Shown here: one piece after another, positions 32,986 to 39,718 of the stretch | Position numbering within the stretch: the stretch's first letter is position 1 | Layout of the letters: every line of letters starts with the position of its first letter | Sequence record: PQ850601.1 | Source: Escherichia phage ElsieAttenhofer_Bas105 | Strand: one strand, 5' to 3' | DNA length: 39,718 bases | The notes under the pieces: model-generated | The model's input: the letters and a program-made list of their open reading frames with translations, nothing else | Database searches by the model: none | What the model was told of the DNA's origin: nothing | Translations under genes and position numbers: made by a program

Positions 32986-35900
32986 ATGGCGACTCGTGGT
33001 ATTCGCAATAACAATCCGGGGAACATCCGGGTAAGTAAGGACCAATGGGAAGGAATGACTGGAGATGATGGCGCATTCGTCACCTTCGATAGTCCAGAGT
33101 CTGGCGTCCGAGCTTTAGGTAAAAACCTGCTGTCCTACGGTCGCCAAGGTTATGACTCCATCGAGAAGATTATCAACCGATGGGCCCCTCCTAACGAGAA
33201 CGACACTCAGGCTTATATTGACTCAGTGGTGGCTGCGACTGGTATCCCAGCTACCCAGAGTCTAGACCTCTCGAACCCGGACACACTGTCTTCTCTGGCG
33301 CAAGCTATCAGCTTCCATGAGACAGGCTCCCGGTACGACCCTGAAGTCTATCAGCAGGGAGTCGCAAGAGCACTCAACGGTATCAGCCCAAAGACTCCAC
33401 CAGTAAGCGCTAACGTATTTGACGCACTCACGGAAGGACTCAAGTCTAAACCTAAAGTAGCTCTGGGTGAGAAACTTCCGACCGCTGCTGGTCTGAACAT
33501 TGAGGGTCAAGCACCTGAAGCTCCCAACGAATCGTTCGGTGAGATGTTCTATAAGGCTACTGGAGAGACCATGCAGGAACGAGAGGACCGCTCTACGTGG
33601 TTCGGTTTCGGTGCGGCTACAGAAGCTGAAGTGAAGAACTCTATGGTCGGCGTGGCTATACGGGCTGGTCAGACTGAGGACTCACTGGATGTCATTGGCG
33701 ATGTGTTCAACCCAACCAGATGGAACAACCATAAGTGGACTCGTGAAGAGCTTGACCAGATTCGTAACGCTGGGGTTCTGCCTCAGTATTACGGAGTAAT
33801 TACTGGCGGTTCTCCTCAGAATCTGACAGAGCTGATAAACTTGGCGCTGGAGAACCAGAAGTTGGACCAAGAGAAGGCCAAGGCTGGGACTGGCGCTCAA
33901 CTGGCGGCTGGCGTGATTGGTGCTGGCGTGGACCCTCTGACCTACGTTCCTATTGCTGGGCAGGTAGGCAAAGGTGGGAAGCTAATCAACAAGATGTTCA
34001 CTGTGGCTGCTCAGTCTGGCGCTCTGGCTGGTGTGTCTGAGGTGGCCCGTACCTCAGTGGCTGGTGGTGATGCTCATGTGGCTGAAGCTATCCTTGGTGG
34101 TGCTCTCTTCGGTGGTGGCATGACCGCTATCGGGGACGTTATCGGCAAGGCCCTAGGCAAGTCAACCAATGAGTTCGCTGGGCCAGCAACACGTCTGGAA
34201 GCTCGTGAGACTGCACGTAATGTTGACGGTCAGGATCTGTCTCGTCTACCTATTCAGGAAGGTGAGCAGACCTTTAGTCATCAAGGTGTTAAGTTCGCAG
34301 ACGTTCCGAACGAGCCGGGTAGTGTACGACTGGAAGATGGTTCAATCCTGATTGGTGAGAACCCTCTGAACCCTAAGACACGTCAAGTCTTTGACGAAGT
34401 GATTGAGCCGGAACGTGCCGCTGCTGGTGTGAACCTTGGTGGACTTACCGAGATTGGTCTAAAGCTCCTGAGGTCTGAGAACCCTGAGATTCGAGGACTT
34501 GCAGCTGACTTGGTGCGCTCACCCACAGGTATGCAATCTGGTTCGAGCGGTAAGATTGGGACCACCTCGTCAGACGTATTCGAGCGACTTCGTGCAGTTG
34601 ACCATAGGTTCTACAACGACATTGACGATGCTGTGACTCAGGCACTGAAGGACCCATACTTCCAGACAAACTTCAACCGTGACAATAAGTCGTTCCGTCA
34701 GGACATCTACCAGCGCGTAGCTCTGGCGATTGAAGATGGAAGTGGGAACCTGAAGGCTGAGCTGACTCCGGGTGAGCTGAAGGTCTATGACCTGCTGAAG
34801 AACCAGTTCGACGCTAAGCGTGAGATGATGGAGAACCCTGCGATGTTCGGTCGAGCTGACGCTCAGTCTATCTTCCCCGGTAGCCGCTTCAAGGGAACCT
34901 ACGTTCCTCACGTTTACAGCAACCAGATGAAGCAACTGTTCATCAATGAGCTGGGAAGCCCTGAGGCTCTACAGGAGGCCATCAAGAAGTCGTGGCTAGC
35001 GAGCTATGCGTCACGACCTGAGGTTAAGGCGCGAGTGGATGCAATGTTAGCTGAGCAGCTTCAGGCTACACAGAAGGCAGCAGGTAAGACTTCAGGTCAA
35101 ACTACCAGTCAACGAGCTTCGGTTAGTGAGGCAAGTTACCAGATGAAACTGGATGATGCAGCTACTCGTGCGGCTGATAATGTTGCGGAACTGAACGATG
35201 TACTGACTAACGCTGAGAAGCGTGTGGCAGACCATGAGAAGAAGCTTCAAAACTCCAAGGATAGACTTGCGTCCCATGAGGCCAAACTTAAGGAGCTTGA
35301 GGAGCAACTGGAAGCTAAGCCTAATAGCAAGACCCTTCCTGTTAAGATTGAGAGCCGGAAGCGGATGATTGAGACACAGCAGTCTCATGTCCGTGTGAAT
35401 ACCGAGCGTCTCGACTACGCGAATGCCCAAGCTGCTAAGGTTCGAGACCGAATTGCCAAGGCTACTAGTGAGTACGAAGCAGTCGCAGCCGCAGCTAAAG
35501 GTACCAAACCAGTGGTTGATAACGATACAGCTCCAACTGGAGAGGCGACTTCCGGTGCAGAACCGAATGTAGCCCCTGAGGTAACGATGGCTATGGTTGA
35601 GAAGTACGCCAACGATAAAGCTTATGGTATATCACACTCTGACGTCTTTGAGCGCTCATCCGTAATGGAGGAAAACATCAATGGTCTCGTAGGCTTGGAG
35701 AACAATAACTTCCTTGAGGCTCGTAACCTGTTTGACAGCGATATGGAAATCGTGTTGCCTAACGGTCAGCCGTTCAGTGTTAACAGCCTCCGTGAGTGGG
35801 ATATGGACAAGATTATCCCAGCATATAACCGTCGAGTAAATGGTGATATTGCTATCATGGCTGGTACAGGTAAGACCACGAAGGAAGTGAAGGATGCCGT

Positions 35901-37374
35901 AGAGACCCTGATGAACCGCGCTGGTGATGACGGTAAGTTGAAGGATGAGGTGTCGACTCTGCGTGACACCCTTAAGATTCTGACTGGTCGCGCTCGACGT
36001 GATGGTGCTGACGATGCTGCGTTCGCTACCGTGATGCGTACCATGACTGACCTGTCCTTCTTCGCTAAGAATGCCTACATGGGTGTTCAGAACTTGACGG
36101 AGATTGGCGGTATGCTGGCCCGTGGTAACGTCCGTGCGATGTTGCATGGCATTCCAATATTCCATGACCTAGCCTTCCGTAACAAGAAGATGGGAGCCTC
36201 GGAGATTAAGGACCTGCACAATGTTATCTTCGGTAAGGAACTGGATGACTCAATCCGTCCGTCAAAACAGGATGTCATAGACCGCCTACGAGCTTACAGC
36301 GCCCTGAGCAAACCTACAGCTACGGCTTTAGGATCTGCCAAGTATTACACTGGTGAACTTGCAGTACGCTCTCCGTTCACTAAAGTCCTCAACGGTACGA
36401 CCAACTACCTGTTAGATGCTGGACGTCAAGGCTTCCTGTCTGACATCGTGGAGCATAGCCTGACTGGTAGTAAGCGTAAGTTCGATGACCGCTGGCTGAA
36501 GACCGCTGGTATCTCTGACGAGCAGTGGAAAGGCATTAAGTCCATAATCCGTGAGTCAGTGACTCGTGGTCCAGACGGGAAGTATACCATCAAGGATAAG
36601 AAGGCGTTCAGTCAGGACCCAAGGGCTATGGACCTGTGGCGTATGGGTGACACCATCGCTGACGAAACGTTACTCCGGCCTCATAAGCTGTCAAACATGG
36701 ACGCCAAGGCTTATGGCCCTCTCGCTAAGACTGTCCTTCAGTTTAAGAACTTCGTCATCAAGTCCATCAATGGGCGAACCATGCGAACCTTCTATAACGC
36801 CACGAAGAACAACCGAGCGATTGACGCTGCCCTGTCCACTGTGATGTCTATGGGTCTTGCTGGTATCTACTACATGGCTCAGGCGCACGTCAAGGCTTAC
36901 GCTATGCAGGATGGTCGAGACCGTGACTACCTCAAGCAAGCTCTGGACCCGACGATGATTGGATATGCTGCTCTATCACGTAGTTCACATCTTGGTGGAC
37001 CACTTGGGGTAGCTAACATTCTGGGTGGTATCGCTGGGTACGAGGACACTAAGATGCTCCGTTCGTCTATCCTCCCGCGTTCACCTACAGAGAAGCCTGA
37101 ACGGGCCATCGCGTATGGTGCAGCTACAAGTGACCCTGTGATGAATGTTGTTGGTAACTTCTTGGAGCAGGTTCCAGCTTTCGGATATGCTGCTAACGTT
37201 GGCGCTTCGGCTTACAACTTGGCTGGCTACCTCAAGGCTGATACTCGTGTCAACGAGCGTGACTACATGACCGGGATGTATAATACGTTCCGTGAACTGG
37301 TTCCGAACGACCCCATTACCCAGAAGCTGTTGCTTGGAACGTTTGAGGAGCAAGGCATCCACATCAAGGACTAA
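32986..37374 (+). CDS. Internal virion protein D (T7 gene 16 homolog) with non-canonical N-terminal domain and a coiled-coil insertion
   Basis: Start placed at ATG 32986 (AAGGAG RBS; the track ORF begins upstream at 32968 inside gene 15); central and C-terminal regions colinear with remembered T7 gp16 (SRPEVKARVD, VEKYANDKAYGISHSD, FLEARNLFDSD, YNRRVNGDIAIM, NGTTNYLLDA); N-terminal 140 aa lack the SLT motif; about 150 extra residues near nt 35090-35580. Confidence 0.92.
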   Translation: MATRGIRNNNPGNIRVSKDQWEGMTGDDGAFVTFDSPESGVRALGKNLLSYGRQGYDSIEKIINRWAPPNENDTQAYIDSVVAATGIPATQSLDLSNPDTLSSLAQAISFHETGSRYDPEVYQQGVARALNGISPKTPPVSANVFDALTEGLKSKPKVALGEKLPTAAGLNIEGQAPEAPNESFGEMFYKATGETMQEREDRSTWFGFGAATEAEVKNSMVGVAIRAGQTEDSLDVIGDVFNPTRWNNHKWTREELDQIRNAGVLPQYYGVITGGSPQNLTELINLALENQKLDQEKAKAGTGAQLAAGVIGAGVDPLTYVPIAGQVGKGGKLINKMFTVAAQSGALAGVSEVARTSVAGGDAHVAEAILGGALFGGGMTAIGDVIGKALGKSTNEFAGPATRLEARETARNVDGQDLSRLPIQEGEQTFSHQGVKFADVPNEPGSVRLEDGSILIGENPLNPKTRQVFDEVIEPERAAAGVNLGGLTEIGLKLLRSENPEIRGLAADLVRSPTGMQSGSSGKIGTTSSDVFERLRAVDHRFYNDIDDAVTQALKDPYFQTNFNRDNKSFRQDIYQRVALAIEDGSGNLKAELTPGELKVYDLLKNQFDAKREMMENPAMFGRADAQSIFPGSRFKGTYVPHVYSNQMKQLFINELGSPEALQEAIKKSWLASYASRPEVKARVDAMLAEQLQATQKAAGKTSGQTTSQRASVSEASYQMKLDDAATRAADNVAELNDVLTNAEKRVADHEKKLQNSKDRLASHEAKLKELEEQLEAKPNSKTLPVKIESRKRMIETQQSHVRVNTERLDYANAQAAKVRDRIAKATSEYEAVAAAAKGTKPVVDNDTAPTGEATSGAEPNVAPEVTMAMVEKYANDKAYGISHSDVFERSSVMEENINGLVGLENNNFLEARNLFDSDMEIVLPNGQPFSVNSLREWDMDKIIPAYNRRVNGDIAIMAGTGKTTKEVKDAVETLMNRAGDDGKLKDEVSTLRDTLKILTGRARRDGADDAAFATVMRTMTDLSFFAKNAYMGVQNLTEIGGMLARGNVRAMLHGIPIFHDLAFRNKKMGASEIKDLHNVIFGKELDDSIRPSKQDVIDRLRAYSALSKPTATALGSAKYYTGELAVRSPFTKVLNGTTNYLLDAGRQGFLSDIVEHSLTGSKRKFDDRWLKTAGISDEQWKGIKSIIRESVTRGPDGKYTIKDKKAFSQDPRAMDLWRMGDTIADETLLRPHKLSNMDAKAYGPLAKTVLQFKNFVIKSINGRTMRTFYNATKNNRAIDAALSTVMSMGLAGIYYMAQAHVKAYAMQDGRDRDYLKQALDPTMIGYAALSRSSHLGGPLGVANILGGIAGYEDTKMLRSSILPRSPTEKPERAIAYGAATSDPVMNVVGNFLEQVPAFGYAANVGASAYNLAGYLKADTRVNERDYMTGMYNTFRELVPNDPITQKLLLGTFEEQGIHIKD

Positions 37375-37392
37375 ACTATCACTATAGGAAAC
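37370..37392 (+). promoter_or_regulatory. Phage RNAP promoter (phi17-like)
   Basis: ACTAAACTATCACTATAGGAAAC; +1 at 37387. Confidence 0.75.
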
Positions 37393-37438
37393 TGGAGGCG
37401 CTACCATAGGTCTCCGTTTAAATCACAAAGGAGGCATA

Positions 37439-39625
37439 ATGTCCACGATTACACAATTCCCTTCAGGAAACACTCAGTACAGGATTGAGTTCGACTACCT
37501 AGCCAGAACGTTTGTTGTTGTTACGCTGGTGAATAGCTCTAACCCTACCCTGAACCGTGTAATGGAAGTTGGTCGAGATTACCGATTCCTTAATCCAACG
37601 ATGATTGAGATGTTGGTTGACCAATCAGGTTTCGACATCGTTCGTATTCACCGTCAGACTGGAACTGACTTAGTGGTAGACTTCAGGAATGGCTCAGTGT
37701 TGACAGCTAGTGACCTGACCAATGCAGAGCTTCAGGCTATCCATATTGCAGAAGAAGGTCGAGACCAAACTGTTGACTTAGCGAAGGAATATGCAGATGC
37801 TGCTGGTAGCTCTGCCGGCAACGCTAAGGATAGCGAGGACGAAGCAAGACGAATCGCTGCGAGTATCAAGGCAGCTGGTCTATTTGGATATATTACCCGT
37901 CGCTCCTTCGAGACAGGCTTCAACGTTACAGCATGGAACGAGGCCCTGCTATGGGAAGAGGATGGTGATTATTACCGCTGGGATGGTACGCTTCCAAAGA
38001 ACGTTCCTGCTGGTTCAACTCCTGAAACGTCTGGTGGCATTGGGTTAGGGGCGTGGGTCAGTGTTGGTGATGCTTCATTGAGAAGTGATTTGGCCCTAAC
38101 CACAGGCGCAGGTCGAGTTGGTACAACATCCGGCAGGACCGTACAGGCAGAGTTTGATATCCTCAAAATGGGATACAAGACGCCTGATGACTTTGGCGCA
38201 AAAGGAGATGGAAGCACAGACGACACCAATGCCATATTAGATGCCTGTTCGTGGGCCTCAACCAACGGACTGCCACTTAGAATTCCATGCAAAACATATG
38301 TTTGGAATGGCGACACTATACCATACGATAATGTGGCCATTATTGGCGATAAGCGGCCCTATGCAGATTCATGGCTAACACGTCTTCTTGATGGCAGCAT
38401 TATCGTCGGTACGCTCAGATTTAGTGGCAAAAACGTACAAATCAGCAATATTGGAGTCGATCACGGTTCGTTCCGGTTCCCATCTATAGCTGGTGATGCT
38501 CTCACCGTCTCAGCTCCTGAAAAATCAGGGCAGTATTGCGTTATAAGAAACTGCATTGGGCTGGGACGAAATCCAACCGATGCATTTCACTCTATTCTGG
38601 TGGAGGGTTATAAATATTCAATTATTGAAGATTGCATAGGCATACAGAATACATATAGCCTCGCGCACAAAAGTGGTTATTCAATCACGAATAATATAAT
38701 ATCCAGAAACTCAAACACAGGTGTTATTGTTAAATCTGATAGTGCATTTGGTGATGCCAGTTTCTCTAATATTACCAATATTACCATTGATGGAAATGAA
38801 AACTGCAATATTGGCTTGTGGGTTTTTGCGCAAGACGCTCAACTACAGAAGGTTAATGTATCGAATATTGTAACGTCTGGATGTAAATACGACATGGTGG
38901 TGCAGTCTGATACTGGCGTCATCAATGAAATTAACATTAACAATCTGGCAAGCTCTGGAGCGTCCATAGCGTCACTAGCACTGGTGGCTAATGCAGCCGA
39001 TAAAATATACACCGTAAACATATCAAATGTTTCAGCTGGCGAAGTTACTGGGCAAATTATTGATGCACAGGCGGCTAATTTGCTAAACATATCTAATGTG
39101 AACGGGCGAATTACTAGTGAATCTACCCACGTTAATGACTCTATAAAGATAGGACCATTAGTCAATGTTTCAAATCTTGTTAATATCACACCAACTTTGA
39201 ACTATGACCTTGTCTCTCAGGCTGGAGTGACTTTTAACAACGCTTTTGACAAGAACAGCATCAGTAATGTTCGCGCTGCGATATATGGAAGCGGCGCGCC
39301 GCGACCCGGGTATGCAACACAGGATGCAAGCGGTGATTCTGGAGTGCTTTCGGTAAGATACAGCCAGACAAACTCGTCATTCCTAAAGCTAACGCTTCCG
39401 TCAGGAGCAGCTGAGATAGCTACCATAAACACAACAGCCATCAATGGTTCGGTAATACCTGAAGGGTATGTTTTATGGATACAAAACGCCACCGCCGGGC
39501 AAAACCTAACGATAACGCCTTCTACTGCTGGTCATATCGTTACAACCGGGAATACTGCAAAGGTGTTAGCTGGCGGTGATAAGGTTGGGTTTATGTTTGA
39601 TGGGAGCACCTGGATTCAGATGTGA
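37439..39625 (+). CDS. Tail fiber / tailspike: T7 gp17-like N-terminal adaptor fused to a pectate-lyase-fold (beta-helix) depolymerase-like domain
   Basis: 728 aa; N-terminal 150 aa align with remembered T7 gp17 (YLARTFVVVTLV, DYRF, VDFRNGSVLTASDLTNAELQAIHIAEEGRD); central region carries the hallmark DFGAKGDGSTDDTNAI and repetitive N/S/T/V-rich beta-helix rungs. Confidence 0.9.
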   Translation: MSTITQFPSGNTQYRIEFDYLARTFVVVTLVNSSNPTLNRVMEVGRDYRFLNPTMIEMLVDQSGFDIVRIHRQTGTDLVVDFRNGSVLTASDLTNAELQAIHIAEEGRDQTVDLAKEYADAAGSSAGNAKDSEDEARRIAASIKAAGLFGYITRRSFETGFNVTAWNEALLWEEDGDYYRWDGTLPKNVPAGSTPETSGGIGLGAWVSVGDASLRSDLALTTGAGRVGTTSGRTVQAEFDILKMGYKTPDDFGAKGDGSTDDTNAILDACSWASTNGLPLRIPCKTYVWNGDTIPYDNVAIIGDKRPYADSWLTRLLDGSIIVGTLRFSGKNVQISNIGVDHGSFRFPSIAGDALTVSAPEKSGQYCVIRNCIGLGRNPTDAFHSILVEGYKYSIIEDCIGIQNTYSLAHKSGYSITNNIISRNSNTGVIVKSDSAFGDASFSNITNITIDGNENCNIGLWVFAQDAQLQKVNVSNIVTSGCKYDMVVQSDTGVINEININNLASSGASIASLALVANAADKIYTVNISNVSAGEVTGQIIDAQAANLLNISNVNGRITSESTHVNDSIKIGPLVNVSNLVNITPTLNYDLVSQAGVTFNNAFDKNSISNVRAAIYGSGAPRPGYATQDASGDSGVLSVRYSQTNSSFLKLTLPSGAAEIATINTTAINGSVIPEGYVLWIQNATAGQNLTITPSTAGHIVTTGNTAKVLAGGDKVGFMFDGSTWIQM

Positions 39626-39718
39626 TCGCAGTTTGTGGAGGTAGAGGCTAACTACACGCTGACCAACGTATGGTAACAACTTTGGGTCACGGACGACCCG
39701 CTTTAAACTGGAGGTTTT

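Noticed and set aside
39684-39705. Short hairpin GGGTC-ACGGAC-GACCC after the tail fiber gene as a possible terminator
   Set aside because: Only a 5-bp stem with no following U-tract; too weak to call.

Overview
This window is a complete, circularly permuted genome of a T7-like podophage (Autographiviridae, about 39.7 kb), cut so that it begins at the holin ATG and ends in the intergenic spacer after the tail fiber gene. All supported genes are on the + strand in T7 order: 17.5 holin, 18, 18.5/18.7 spanins, 19 terminase, then the genome-end and early noncoding region with three E. coli-type promoters, ocr, small early genes, gene 1 RNA polymerase, DNA metabolism genes, and the structural block 6.7 to 17. 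Twelve phage-RNAP promoters share the consensus AACTATCACTATAGG, which differs from T7 at about -12 to -8, and the RNAP specificity loop differs correspondingly. Other signals are a T7-type -1 frameshift site at the end of the capsid gene, Tphi-like and TE-like terminators, and three covarying RNase III-type stem-loops. No single clearly novel system stands out; the best leads are the accessory ORFs at positions where T7 has no gene (Rz-to-terminase, gene 3-to-3.5, gene 11-to-12, early region), a non-canonical N-terminal domain and coiled-coil insert in gp16, and a low-GC pectate-lyase-like depolymerase module in the tail fiber. All homology statements are by eye against remembered T7 proteins, not database searches. 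No tRNA, CRISPR array or integrase was seen.
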